Positions 8,452-18,234 of a stretch of DNA of 60,959 nt are shown piece by piece. The notes under the pieces are model-generated. The model was not told the origin of the DNA. It saw nothing but the letters and a program-made list of their open reading frames with translations, and did no database searches. This DNA comes from a virus (lineage: Duplodnaviria; Caudoviricetes). The position numbers and the translations under genes are program-made. Position 1 is the stretch's first letter. Each line of letters starts with the position of its first letter. The DNA lies in the IMG/VR virus record IMGVR_UViG_3300048783_000050, positions 1 through 60,959 of that record. One strand, written 5' to 3'.

Positions 8452-10231
8452 CGACCCGGCCACGCGGTACGCAGTGGGTGTTCACGAGGGGCGTATCCTG
8501 GCGGGCCCGCAGGTGCGGAACGCGTGCGCCCGGCACCTCCGCGACCTGGCTGAGGGCCCCGGGCGGGGGCTGGTGTGGGACGTGGAGGAAGTCGCATGGG
8601 TAGTGGGCTTCTTCCGGGACGTGCTCCGGCTGAACGGCGGCGAGCACGAGGGCCAGCCGTTCGTGCTGGAGCCGTGGCAGGTGTTCATCGTCGGGAGTCT
8701 CTTCGGCTGGAAGCGGAAGGCGACCGGGTACCGGCGCTTCCGAGTGGCGTTCATCGAGACCGGGAAAGGGTCGGGGAAGTCTCCGCTCGCGGCGGGGATC
8801 GCGCTCAAGTGCCTGGTGGCCGACGGCGAGCCCCGCGCCGAGGTGTACGCGGCCGCGGCGAAAAAGGACCAGGCCAAGGTCATGTTCCGCGACGCGGTGG
8901 CGATGGTGAAGCAGTCGCCGGCGCTGTCGTCCCGCCTCACTCTCTCGGGAGGGGAGGGCAACGAGCAGAACATCGCCCACCTCGCCAGCGGGTCTTTCTT
9001 CCGGCCGATCTCCAGCGAAAGCCAGGGCCGCGGCCAGTCTGGCCCGCGCCCGCACTGCGCCGTGCTGGACGAGGTGCACGAGCACCCGACGAACTCCACC
9101 GTGGAGTTCATGCGCGCCGGGACGAAGGGGCGCCGCCAGGCTCTCATCGTCCTGATCACAAACTCCGGCGTGGGGCGCTCCGGGGTCTGCTGGGACCACC
9201 ACGAATACGCCACCAAAGTGGCGGCCGGCGACGCCGAGGACGACTCGTATTTCGGGTACGTGTGTGGGCTGGACGAAGGGGACGATCCGCTGAACGACCC
9301 CTCATGCTGGCCGAAGGCGAACCCCTCCATGGGGGTGACCTTCCCGCCGAGCTACCTGGAAGAGCTGGTCCGCGAGGCGCGGGGGATGCCGTCGAAGGCG
9401 GCGAAGGTGCTGCGCCTAAACTTCTGCGTGTGGGTGGAGGCCGAGAATCCCTGGATCGACGGGGACCTCTGGCGCGCCTGCGAGCGGAAGCCGGCCGACT
9501 TCCCAACCGACGAGGAGCTGCGCGACCGGCCCTGTTTCCTTGCGCTCGACCTCTCTGGCAAGCTGGACCTGACGGCGCTGGCGGCGGTCTGGTCGGACGG
9601 GGACGGAGGGCGTGACGCACGTGTCTGGTTCTGGACCCCCGCCGGTTCGATGGACAAGCGGGAGCAGCGCGACCGCGTCCCGTACCGCGCATGGTCGCAG
9701 CGGGGCCACCTCTTCGCCGTCCCCGGGCTCTCCATCGACTTCGCCTTCATCGCGCAGTTCCTCGCAGAGCACGTCCTGCCGGTGTACGACGTGCGGGCGC
9801 TGGCGTTCGACCCGTACCGGATCCACGACTTCCTGCGCGAGCTGGCCGCGCTCGGCATCGACTGTTGGATCTGGGAGGGGCCGGAGGCAGAGCCCGGGGA
9901 TGGGCTCTGCCTGGTGATGCATTCGCAGGGCTTCAAGGGCGGCGCCAGGACGGACGGCCTCTGGATGCCCCGAAGCTTGGAGACGCTGGAGAGCGGCGTG
10001 CTGGGCGGTCACCTCCGCGTGCTGGAGAACCCGGTGCTCCGTTCCTGTTCTGCCTCCGCAGTGATCTCGCAGGATGCCGCGGAAAACCGCATGTTCGTGA
10101 AGCAGAAGAGCACCGGGCGGATCGACGGGCTTGTCGCGCTCGCCATGGGGGACGGCCTGGCGGACCAACTCGGGGAGGACACGGGGGGCGGGTCGGTGTA
10201 CGACGATCGGGGGATCCTGTTCTTCGGGTGA
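8387..10231 (+). CDS. terL: Terminase large subunit (start may be nearer 8445)
   Basis: LEPWQ, Walker A GKGSGKS, Walker B VLDEVHEH, W.KANP, LDLS..DLT, RIDGLVA. Confidence 0.96.
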   Translation: MATKARKTPRRATSPARERLPDDPATRYAVGVHEGRILAGPQVRNACARHLRDLAEGPGRGLVWDVEEVAWVVGFFRDVLRLNGGEHEGQPFVLEPWQVFIVGSLFGWKRKATGYRRFRVAFIETGKGSGKSPLAAGIALKCLVADGEPRAEVYAAAAKKDQAKVMFRDAVAMVKQSPALSSRLTLSGGEGNEQNIAHLASGSFFRPISSESQGRGQSGPRPHCAVLDEVHEHPTNSTVEFMRAGTKGRRQALIVLITNSGVGRSGVCWDHHEYATKVAAGDAEDDSYFGYVCGLDEGDDPLNDPSCWPKANPSMGVTFPPSYLEELVREARGMPSKAAKVLRLNFCVWVEAENPWIDGDLWRACERKPADFPTDEELRDRPCFLALDLSGKLDLTALAAVWSDGDGGRDARVWFWTPAGSMDKREQRDRVPYRAWSQRGHLFAVPGLSIDFAFIAQFLAEHVLPVYDVRALAFDPYRIHDFLRELAALGIDCWIWEGPEAEPGDGLCLVMHSQGFKGGARTDGLWMPRSLETLESGVLGGHLRVLENPVLRSCSASAVISQDAAENRMFVKQKSTGRIDGLVALAMGDGLADQLGEDTGGGSVYDDRGILFFG

Positions 10232-10310
10232 TGAGCGTGGCGTAAGAGCGAGCCGCGGAGTACGTTCCAGACGCACGCGAAGTCCTCGAAACAGTTGAGA
10301 AAGGTACGCC

Positions 10311-10499
10311 ATGTCAGAGGGGACGCCTGGGGAGACCCGCACGACGCGGGATGCGCTGCTGACCGGGGTGTGCGCGGGCGCGACCTGCGGGATCATTTTC
10401 AGCGCCGCCGTGCCGGTCGGTTGGCTGATGAGCGCGGGGGCGCTCGTCTTGGGGTTATTCGCGGCGGTAGGGTTCGCGCGTCTTCTGCGGGAGGTGTAA
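10311..10499 (+). CDS. Small membrane protein
   Basis: Two hydrophobic segments, AAAGG RBS. Confidence 0.55.
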   Translation: MSEGTPGETRTTRDALLTGVCAGATCGIIFSAAVPVGWLMSAGALVLGLFAAVGFARLLREV

Positions 10500-10500
10500 G

Positions 10501-10902
10501 GTGGACACGACGGATCCGCGCGGGGCGGCAGCGCAGCAGGTGCGGGACCTGCTCGCCTTCATCGAGGCGGACCCACGCCTGCACGTCTGCTCTCCCCTGG
10601 ACCTGCTGGGGAGCGTGCCGCCCGAGCTTCTGCCGGCCGCGTCGGCGCTGATCGAGGTGCAGTTCCTGCACGGCAGCGGTGACCCGTCCGCCCCGGAGCC
10701 GGTCGGGATTCTGAACGCGATGGGGGCGGACGCAGTCGAGTGGAGCCCCGACGACGAGCTGCTGCCGGACCCGTGCCGAGCCCGAGGTGTTGACATTGCC
10801 CGGTGGTTCGGCGTCCCGGTGGCGCCGCGCCGGGCGACCGTGCGCCACCCCACGGACATCCTTCGGGCGCCGCCGGTGTACTCCACGACTCGAAGGGCGT
10901 GA
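10501..10902 (+). CDS. Hypothetical protein with capsid-like and portal-like short motifs
   Basis: QFLHGSG..EPVGILN and DIARWFGVP. Confidence 0.5.
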   Translation: MDTTDPRGAAAQQVRDLLAFIEADPRLHVCSPLDLLGSVPPELLPAASALIEVQFLHGSGDPSAPEPVGILNAMGADAVEWSPDDELLPDPCRARGVDIARWFGVPVAPRRATVRHPTDILRAPPVYSTTRRA

Positions 10903-10904
10903 CT

Positions 10905-11294
10905 ATGGAACACCTCCTGCCCTGCCCCTTCTGCGGGGAAGACGACGTGAAGGTCGCGCGTCACCCTCACGCTGAAGCGGCTGGGGACTACTTCACCGTG
11001 GCCTGCCGCAACTCCGACTGCTACGGCATCACGCTGACGGCGAGCACCGAAGACGAGGCGCGCCTGGCGTGGAATACACGAGCCCCCGGGAAGGTCTCCG
11101 CCGATGTCCTCGCGCTGCTGTGCCTGGCCATGGAGAAGTGCGGCGGCGAGATGGTCGTAACGCCGACCGACGCGATGCGCGACTGGGGGGAATACGAGCT
11201 GCTGAAGGACGAAACGCCGAGCCTCTCCACGGCGACGACGTATCGCGTCAGGCGCAGGTTGCGGTCGGTTACTTCATCCGCAACAAGCCCGTGA
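10905..11294 (+). CDS. Lar-family restriction alleviation-like protein
   Basis: LLPCPFCG..VACRNSDC..EDEARLAWNTRA. Confidence 0.8.
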   Translation: MEHLLPCPFCGEDDVKVARHPHAEAAGDYFTVACRNSDCYGITLTASTEDEARLAWNTRAPGKVSADVLALLCLAMEKCGGEMVVTPTDAMRDWGEYELLKDETPSLSTATTYRVRRRLRSVTSSATSP

Positions 11295-11308
11295 TGCGCG
11301 AGAAACCG

Positions 11309-11410
11309 TTGCGCGGCGCGGGCTAACCATGTAGCTTTCCCGCTGACGGACAAACCACACCGGCCCCAGGCCCGCACCCTCACGACGAGGGAGCGGGCCT
11401 TTTTTGTTTG
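11309..11410 (+). promoter_or_regulatory. Late cassette copy B upstream of portal operon
   Basis: TTGCGC-17-TAGCTT, ACACCGGCCCCAGGCCC at 11357, hairpin AGGCCCGC..GCGGGCCT + TTTTTGTTT. Confidence 0.85.
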
Positions 11411-11425
11411 CCAGCCACCCCCGCC

Positions 11426-11644
11426 ATGCGCGAGCCCGGCACTCCCCAGTCGCCCGCCGATCCCCCGCCCCCCTCCCGTCTCGGGTCGGTGCTGCTGGAC
11501 AACGCCTGGGAGCTGGTGCTGCTGGTGGGGCTGGTGCTCTTCGGCGTGGGGGTCTCGCTGGCCTCCCTCCCCTGGGGTCTCGCGCTGGTGGGGCTGGTGC
11601 TGGTGTCGCTCGCCACCCTGCGCATCCGCCCGTGGGCTTCCTGA
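11426..11644 (+). CDS. Small membrane protein preceding portal
   Basis: Two strongly hydrophobic Leu/Val/Gly segments, overlaps the portal start. Confidence 0.7.
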   Translation: MREPGTPQSPADPPPPSRLGSVLLDNAWELVLLVGLVLFGVGVSLASLPWGLALVGLVLVSLATLRIRPWAS

Positions 11645-12978
11645 CACGGGGGAGCGCCACGCTGGCGCCGCGGGCGCTCCGGCTGGACGACGAGTCCGAC
11701 GTCGCCACGATCCTGCGGGTGACGGACGGCGGGGTCTCGACGAAAGCTGGCGTGGCGGTCGGGCCGGACTCTGCGCTGAAGTGCGCCGTGGTCTACGACT
11801 GCGTTCGGGTGATCGCGGAGGACGTGGCGAAGCTGCCGCTTATCCTGTACCGCCGAACCAAGGACGGCCGCGGCAAGGAGCGGGCGACCGACCATCACCT
11901 CTACGGGCTGCTGCACGACAAGCCGAACGACTTCCAGACGTCGTTCGAGTTCCGAGAGCAGATGCAGGGCTACCTGCCGCTCCGCGGGAACGCGCCGGCC
12001 CTGATCAACCGGGTGCGCGGCGAGGTGCGGGAGATCCTGCCTCTCCACCCGGACGAGGTGACGGTGAAGCGCGGGAGCGACTGGCGGGTCACGTACCGCC
12101 TGCGTGGGGAGGGGGAGGACCGGCCGGCGTCGGACATCCTCCATCTGCGCGGCCTCTCGACCGACGGATTCCGGGGCGTCTCCGTGATCTCGCTGGCCCG
12201 GGAGTCCATCGGGCTCGCGATGGCGATGCAGCAGCACGGCTCCCGCCTGTTCGCCAATGCGGCGCGGCCGTCCGGGGTGCTCACGTACCCGCACAAGTTC
12301 AAGGACGAGGCGGCCGCTAAGCGGTTGCGGGAGAGCTGGGAGAGCAGCGTGGGCGGCGAGAACATGCACCGCACCGCGCTCCTGGAAGACGGCGTATCCT
12401 GGCAGCAGATCAGCATGAACGCCGACGACGCGCAGTACGTGGAGTCGTGGGGCGTCCAGCTCTCCGACATCCCGCGCTGGTTTCGAATGCCTCCCCACAA
12501 AGTGGGCATCATGACCCAGGCGACGTTCAGCAACATCGAACACCAGGCGCTGGAGTACGTGATCGACACGCTCATGCCCTGGCTGGTGCGCTGGGAACAG
12601 CGGCTGAACATCACACTCCTCACCGCCCCCGAGCGCGCCGCCGGCTACTTCTTCGAGTTCCTGGTGGACGGGCTGCTCCGCGGGGACATCAAGACCCGGA
12701 TGGACGCCTACGCGGTCGGCATCCAGAACGGGATCTGGAGCGCGAACGAGTGCCGCGCCCGCGAGAACGAGAACCCCTACGAGGGCGGCGACGAGTACCG
12801 CGTGCCGCTCAACATGGGGCCGGCGAGCGGTGCCGCGCCGGGCGAGACGCCGCAAGAAGCGACGGCCAAGGTCGTCTCGTTCGCCGCTTTCCGCGACGCG
12901 AGAGAGCGCGGGGCAGATCTGGGCGAGGCGGCGCGCGCCTCAGCGGATGCGTACCGTGCCGTGCTGACGACGGCCTGA
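11632..12978 (+). CDS. Portal protein, HK97 family
   Basis: AVVYDCVRVIAEDVAKLP, LRGNA, DILHLRG..DGFRGVS, DIPRWFRMPPHKVG, TFSNIEHQ, LLRGD. Confidence 0.96.
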   Translation: MGFLTRGSATLAPRALRLDDESDVATILRVTDGGVSTKAGVAVGPDSALKCAVVYDCVRVIAEDVAKLPLILYRRTKDGRGKERATDHHLYGLLHDKPNDFQTSFEFREQMQGYLPLRGNAPALINRVRGEVREILPLHPDEVTVKRGSDWRVTYRLRGEGEDRPASDILHLRGLSTDGFRGVSVISLARESIGLAMAMQQHGSRLFANAARPSGVLTYPHKFKDEAAAKRLRESWESSVGGENMHRTALLEDGVSWQQISMNADDAQYVESWGVQLSDIPRWFRMPPHKVGIMTQATFSNIEHQALEYVIDTLMPWLVRWEQRLNITLLTAPERAAGYFFEFLVDGLLRGDIKTRMDAYAVGIQNGIWSANECRARENENPYEGGDEYRVPLNMGPASGAAPGETPQEATAKVVSFAAFRDARERGADLGEAARASADAYRAVLTTA

Positions 12979-12991
12979 ACCGAGGAGCACC

Positions 12992-13909
12992 ATGAAGCTG
13001 ATCCCCGCCGTCACCCCGCCCGCCCCCCGCGCCGCCCACGGCGAGCGCCCGCGGAAGCCGTTCGAGATCCGCGCCGCGACGACCGGCGAGGCGGAGGTAC
13101 TGATCTACACGGAGATCAGCTACTGGTACATGGACCCGGAGTGGTGGATCCGCGACCTCATGGCGATCACGGCGCCGGTCATCCACGTCCGGATCAACTC
13201 CCCGGGCGGTGACGTTTGGGCGGGGGTCGCGATCTACAACGCGCTCGTGCGTCACGGGGCCAGAATCATCGTGCATGTGGACAGCCTCGCGGCCTCCATC
13301 GCCTCGCTGATTGCTATGGCGGGAGACGAGATCCGCATGTCGAAGGGGTCGCATATGATGATCCACGATCCGCTTGTCGGGACCTATGGGAACGCCGCTT
13401 ACTTGCGGAAGGTGGCCGGGGTTCTGGAGCAGGTGGGCGGATCCATGGTGGAAATCTACGCTGACCGAACCGGGGTGGCGCCGGAGCAGGTCGCCGAGTG
13501 GATGAAGGAAGAGAAGTTCTTTACGGCGAAGGAAGCACGCGAAGCCGGCCTCGCGGACGCGGAGGATAACACGGAGGCGATCGCCGCCAAGTTCGACCTC
13601 TCCATGTACGCCAACGCGCCGGACGCCCTCAAGGGCCAGGCGCCCGCGGCCGAGCGGGAGAAGCCTGACACGATCAGGAAGTTCGAGACCGGGCTCCGGG
13701 AGGAGCTGGGGTTCTCGCACGCCGAGGCGCGAGCGATCGCCGCCTCCGGCTTCAAGGCAGCGTCGGACCCTCGGGATGAGGACGGCGGGCCGAATCGGTC
13801 CACCACCGCAGTGCAGCCCCCCCCGGCCAACGACCCGGCTGCCGAGGCGCTGCTCGCATCCATCCTCACGGCGCGGCTTCGGCTTCGCGCCTCCGCAGGG
13901 AGACGCTGA
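12992..13909 (+). CDS. ClpP-like prohead maturation protease
   Basis: RINSPGGDV, AASIASLIAMAGD, MMIHDP, AKEAREAGLAD. Confidence 0.94.
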   Translation: MKLIPAVTPPAPRAAHGERPRKPFEIRAATTGEAEVLIYTEISYWYMDPEWWIRDLMAITAPVIHVRINSPGGDVWAGVAIYNALVRHGARIIVHVDSLAASIASLIAMAGDEIRMSKGSHMMIHDPLVGTYGNAAYLRKVAGVLEQVGGSMVEIYADRTGVAPEQVAEWMKEEKFFTAKEAREAGLADAEDNTEAIAAKFDLSMYANAPDALKGQAPAAEREKPDTIRKFETGLREELGFSHAEARAIAASGFKAASDPRDEDGGPNRSTTAVQPPPANDPAAEALLASILTARLRLRASAGRR

Positions 13910-13910
13910 C

Positions 13911-15131
13911 ATGGCGACCATCGAGACGCTCGTAGCCCACTTCGACACCTTCGAGGGGGAGCTCCGCGCCGCGCTGGACAAGCAGTCCGGCGAGATCGAG
14001 AAGTACGGGAAGTCCACCGAGGAGACCGGCAAGCAGATCGACAAGATCACCGCCGCCCTCCAGGACATCGGGGAGGAGCTGAAGGAGGTGCAGACCAACG
14101 TCCGCGCCATGGAAACCAACCAGAACCGGCCGGGGATGCCCGGCTCGGACGAGGACCGGCGCAGCGTCGGCGCCCGCTTCGCGCAGTCCGAGGAGATCAA
14201 GGCGATGGCGAAGTCCAGCGCCATGAACTCCGGTCCGGTGGACGTGGGCAGCTTCTTCGGCCCGCGCGCGATCGACTCCGGGTCCGGGAGCGCCGGGGTG
14301 CTGGTGGAGCCGGAGCGCGTGCCGGGGATCATCACCCCGCCGCGGCAGGGGTTCACTCTCCGACAGCTCCTCAACGTCCGGCCGACCACCAGCAACTCCA
14401 TCGAGTACATCCGCCAGACCGGCTTTACCAACAACGCGGCCCCCGTCGCGGAGGGCGCGGTCAAGCCGCAGTCGGTCCTGACATTCGACCGCCGGACCGC
14501 CCCCATCGAGGTGATCGCGCACTGGGCGCAGATCACCCGGCAGATCGTCGCCGACGCGCCGCGCCTCCAGACGATCGTGGAGGGGGAGCTGAAGTTCGGC
14601 CTGGAGCTGAAGGAGGAGGCGCAGTTCCTCCGCGGGAACGGCTCCTCCCCGAACCTCCAGGGGATCATGACCGACCCCGCGGTCCAGAACTACGCCTGGT
14701 CGGACGGCAAGGTGGGCGACACCAAGATCGACGCGCTCCGCCGCGCCATGCTGAAGGGGCGGAAGGCCAAGTACCCGGCCACCGGGATCGTGCTCAGCCT
14801 GGAGGACAAGGCGGACATCGACACGCTCAAGGGCTCCGACGGGCACTACATCTGGGTCAACGTGGTGGACACCACGGGGATGCGCCTGTGGGGCCTTCCT
14901 GTGGTGGAGAGCGACTCGCTGGTGGAGAACGAGTTCGTGGTCGGCGCCTTCGGCCTGGGCGCGACGGTGTGGGACCGCGAGGAGACGACCGTCCGCATCA
15001 CCGACAGCCACGCGGACTACTTCATCTACAACAAGCTGGTGGTGCTGGTCGAGGAGCGCGTCGGCATCACCATCGAGCGCCCCGAGGCGTTCGTGATCGG
15101 CAACTTCGACAACGAGCCGGTCGCGCCGTGA
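13911..15131 (+). CDS. Major capsid protein, HK97 fold
   Basis: N-terminal coiled-coil delta domain, VAEGAVKP, QFLRGNG, DGHYIW..LWGLPVV, EER..RPEAF. Confidence 0.96.
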   Translation: MATIETLVAHFDTFEGELRAALDKQSGEIEKYGKSTEETGKQIDKITAALQDIGEELKEVQTNVRAMETNQNRPGMPGSDEDRRSVGARFAQSEEIKAMAKSSAMNSGPVDVGSFFGPRAIDSGSGSAGVLVEPERVPGIITPPRQGFTLRQLLNVRPTTSNSIEYIRQTGFTNNAAPVAEGAVKPQSVLTFDRRTAPIEVIAHWAQITRQIVADAPRLQTIVEGELKFGLELKEEAQFLRGNGSSPNLQGIMTDPAVQNYAWSDGKVGDTKIDALRRAMLKGRKAKYPATGIVLSLEDKADIDTLKGSDGHYIWVNVVDTTGMRLWGLPVVESDSLVENEFVVGAFGLGATVWDREETTVRITDSHADYFIYNKLVVLVEERVGITIERPEAFVIGNFDNEPVAP

Positions 15132-15192
15132 TCCTGACGGGCGGCGGCATCCCCTGCCGTCGCCCGGTTCCACACCTCAGAGGCAACCGACC

Positions 15193-15591
15193 ATGACGCA
15201 GCAGGACACCATCCGCATGAAGGCCGCTCTCGGCTTCGAGCGCACCGCTCCCGAGGGATCCGGCGAGGGCACCGAGAGCATCAAACGCGGCGACGAGTTC
15301 GACGCCACGCAGAACGAACTGCGGGACTACTTCCTGAGCCGGCAGGAGCGCCCGCTCGCCACGCCGGTGAACCTGGACGACCTCGGCGACGTCCCGGTGG
15401 GCGGCATCCCCCGGAGCCAGGTGCAGGACTACCTGCGCAGCCTCTCCGACGAGGAGCGCACCGACCTGCTGGCGGAGTTCGCCCCCGCGGGCGGGGACGC
15501 CGGCAAGGGCACGTCGGATCCCGGTGACGCCGGGAAGGTGGCGGACAAGGACGCCGGCGAGAGGCCGTCCGGCGGTGGGAAGAAGAAGTAA
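15193..15591 (+). CDS. Hypothetical protein downstream of capsid gene
   Basis: Clean ORF in structural operon. Confidence 0.65.
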   Translation: MTQQDTIRMKAALGFERTAPEGSGEGTESIKRGDEFDATQNELRDYFLSRQERPLATPVNLDDLGDVPVGGIPRSQVQDYLRSLSDEERTDLLAEFAPAGGDAGKGTSDPGDAGKVADKDAGERPSGGGKKK

Positions 15592-15594
15592 CAG

Positions 15595-16179
15595 ATGGCC
15601 TCCCGTCTCGTCACCGGCCCCACCGGGGAACTCCTCCCTCTGCACGTGGCGAAAGACCACCTGCGAGTGGACCACACGGCGGAGGACGACCTGATCTCCG
15701 CCCAGGTCGCGGCAGCCATCGGGTACGCCGAGGAATTCAACGGCTGGTCGCTGGTGACGCAGACGAGGGAGGAGGCGTTCGACTGCTTTCCGTGCGGCCG
15801 GAGAGTCATCGAGCTTTCTCGGCCGCCGCTCCGCTCCGTCGCGTCGATCTCCTACGTGGACGCGGACGGGCTCCCGGCCACGCTGGACCCGGCCTCGTAC
15901 GTCGTGGACACGGCGAGCCAACCGGGGCGCGTGGGGCTCGCGTACGGTGCGAACTGGCCGCGGTGCCGCCACCAGCTCGGCGCCGTGCGGATCGTGTACG
16001 AGGCGGGCTTCGGCACGCCGGACAAGGTGCCGGAGATGGCCGTCGCCGCGATCAAGCTGGTCTTGGGGAAACTCTACCTGCACCGGTCGGACACCATCAC
16101 CGGGACCATCGTGAGCGAGCTCGGCGCCGCGGACGCGCTGCTCAACCTGGCTACCCCCCGCATCGTGCGGTTCGCCTGA
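15595..16179 (+). CDS. Head-tail connector (gp6/phiE125 gp8-like)
   Basis: AKDHLRVD..EDDLI..LVTQT..PLRSVASISY..YEAGFG..AIKL. Confidence 0.9.
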   Translation: MASRLVTGPTGELLPLHVAKDHLRVDHTAEDDLISAQVAAAIGYAEEFNGWSLVTQTREEAFDCFPCGRRVIELSRPPLRSVASISYVDADGLPATLDPASYVVDTASQPGRVGLAYGANWPRCRHQLGAVRIVYEAGFGTPDKVPEMAVAAIKLVLGKLYLHRSDTITGTIVSELGAADALLNLATPRIVRFA

Positions 16180-16523
16180 TGCTACGCCGCGACCTGCTCA
16201 CCAGCCGCGTGCGCGTCTTCCGTGAACGGGAAACGCTGAACGCGCGGGCGGAAGCGGAGAAGAGCTACGCCCCGGTCGGCATGGCGTGGGTGGCCCTTCC
16301 GGACGCGGAGAGGAAGTTCCGGGACGCGGGCGCAGGCGAGGCGGCCGCGGGGAGCGGAGTAGCACGGGCGGACAAGCTCGCGGAGATCGAAGCGACCGAC
16401 GTGCTCCAGGTCCTGGCCGGGGACCTCCGGGGCTCCGTGTGGCGCGTGGGGCCCGTGCAGGTGGTGGGGGACGAAAGGCGTTTCCCCCTGGAGGAGTACA
16501 CTGATCCCCTGCCCCGAGAATGA
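16179..16523 (+). CDS. Putative head closure/stopper protein
   Basis: Position and size after connector; stop/start overlap. Confidence 0.6.
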   Translation: MLRRDLLTSRVRVFRERETLNARAEAEKSYAPVGMAWVALPDAERKFRDAGAGEAAAGSGVARADKLAEIEATDVLQVLAGDLRGSVWRVGPVQVVGDERRFPLEEYTDPLPRE

Positions 16524-16936
16524 CCGTCCGGGTGAAGGTGGAGGGTGACGACCTGGACGGCTTCGCGGACGCGATGCTGGAGGATCTGGAGCCTCGGTTG
16601 GTCCGCGCGGCGGACCGGGCGGCGTCGGGGATGGTGGGCACCATCCGGCGCATCCTCTCCCGGCGGCCAGCGGGGGAGGAGATCCTGGGGCCGGGCGCTC
16701 CGCCGGCCTATCGCAGCGGCGAACTGTACAACTCCATTGTCGCCCACCCGGCGAAGGCGTCCGGGTCCGCCGTGGAGGCGGAGTACGGGTCGCCGCTGGA
16801 GCAGGCTGGACCGTTGGAGTACGGCGGGACCTGGGATAACGGCGTGTACCACGGCCCTCATCCGTTCATCCGCCCGGCGGAGGACGAGATGCGCGAGGAG
16901 GTGGAGCGCATCGTAGCGGAGGAGCTGGGCTTGTGA
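16520..16936 (+). CDS. HK97 gp10-like neck/tail completion protein
   Basis: PAYRSGELYNSI..LEYGG..PHPFIRPA. Confidence 0.8.
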   Translation: MTVRVKVEGDDLDGFADAMLEDLEPRLVRAADRAASGMVGTIRRILSRRPAGEEILGPGAPPAYRSGELYNSIVAHPAKASGSAVEAEYGSPLEQAGPLEYGGTWDNGVYHGPHPFIRPAEDEMREEVERIVAEELGL

Positions 16937-17346
16937 GCGCCTGGCGCTGGCCGGACTTCATCGCCGCCTTGGTGGCGCGCGCACGCAGCGACGTGGACCT
17001 CGTCGCCTTCCTGGGTGGCGAGCACATCTACAAGACGGTGGACCTGCACGCGAAGCGGGCACGGGGGCTCGGCTACCAGCGGATCACAGACCCCCGGCGC
17101 GAGATCACCGAGGAGCCGCTGGTCCAGTGGGACATGACCGCCGAGCCCGGCGAGATCACCGTCCTGGAGCGCCACGCCCGGCGGGTCCTCACCTCCGACG
17201 TGCCGGTCCGCCTGATCGTGGGTGGCGCCGACCTGGTGGTGCACATGGAGTTCGACGACGCACGCGAGCACGCCCGGCCCTCCGACGGCCTCGCGCACCA
17301 CTCCATAGACGTGCGATACCGGGTGCCGCGCCTCCGTTCCCCCTGA
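16933..17346 (+). CDS. Putative tail terminator protein
   Basis: Position between gp10-like gene and tail tube; size about 137 aa. Confidence 0.55.
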   Translation: MSAWRWPDFIAALVARARSDVDLVAFLGGEHIYKTVDLHAKRARGLGYQRITDPRREITEEPLVQWDMTAEPGEITVLERHARRVLTSDVPVRLIVGGADLVVHMEFDDAREHARPSDGLAHHSIDVRYRVPRLRSP

Positions 17347-17360
17347 CCTCTGAGGTCGCG

Positions 17361-17645
17361 ATGCGATACGAAGTGCTCTACCCGTTCACGGCCCGGGACC
17401 GGCGGTTCACCGCGGAGGACGCCGGCAAGGTGCATGAGCTGCCGAAGAAGACCCGCGACAAGTACGTCGGGCAGGGCAACCTGCGCGAGATCCCGCCGGA
17501 GGCGCAGCCCGAGCCGGTCGCAACGGCGCCGCCCCGGAAGCGCTCCGTCACGGTCAAGAAGACCGCCCGCGCGAAGGCGCCGGCCGCCGATGTTCCGCCG
17601 TCCACCAACCAGGGCAGCGGCGACGCGCCCGCCGACAAGGAGTAG
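17361..17645 (+). CDS. Hypothetical protein
   Basis: GAGG RBS; small domain plus Pro/Ala/Lys tail. Confidence 0.55.
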   Translation: MRYEVLYPFTARDRRFTAEDAGKVHELPKKTRDKYVGQGNLREIPPEAQPEPVATAPPRKRSVTVKKTARAKAPAADVPPSTNQGSGDAPADKE

Positions 17646-17651
17646 CCCGCC

Positions 17652-18227
17652 ATGGCCGTCGCACCCGGCACCTACGAGGACGCCCTCGCCACCTTCGGCC
17701 GCGCCCGCGTCTTCGTCCGCCCCGACTCCCTGCTGGGGACCGACCCGCTGGTGGAGGTCACCATCACCGAAGGGGCGATCCGCGGCGAAGTGGTGACCAA
17801 CGCCCAGATGCTCACCCTGCCGGAGATCGCGGGCGAGACGCCGTTCCGGAAGCGGTCGAAGACCATGGGGATCACCGTCACCATCCCCGCCCTGGTCACG
17901 CTCGCGCTCCTGGAGGTGACAAACGCGCGCCCCAGCACCAGCGGGCAGGACGACCCCACCTGGGGCGTGCTGATCATTCCCGAGGAGGAGCTGGGCGCCG
18001 GCGTCTCCCGGACCGCGCTGGGCGTGTGGACGCCTGCCGCGCCTTCCAGGGCGCTGGCGATCTTCAAGGCCACTTTCACGCCGCTCCCCTACGTGTACAC
18101 CGACGAGAACGTCGGCAAGGCGGTGGAGCCCACCACGGTCGCGGGTATGTTCGTCTCGTCCAACCCGAGCGGGCTGGAGGTCTTCGCCTTCGGCGAGGAG
18201 ATCGACGACGTCCTCTTCCCCGTGTGA
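17652..18227 (+). CDS. Putative major tail tube protein
   Basis: Beta-rich 191 aa ORF directly upstream of the chaperone pair and tape measure. Confidence 0.65.
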   Translation: MAVAPGTYEDALATFGRARVFVRPDSLLGTDPLVEVTITEGAIRGEVVTNAQMLTLPEIAGETPFRKRSKTMGITVTIPALVTLALLEVTNARPSTSGQDDPTWGVLIIPEEELGAGVSRTALGVWTPAAPSRALAIFKATFTPLPYVYTDENVGKAVEPTTVAGMFVSSNPSGLEVFAFGEEIDDVLFPV

Positions 18228-18234
18228 GGCGAAG

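Noticed and set aside
16684-16694. CCTGGGGCCGG, complementary to part of the late leader
   Set aside because: Only 11 nt, inside a neck gene, and expected by chance at this GC content
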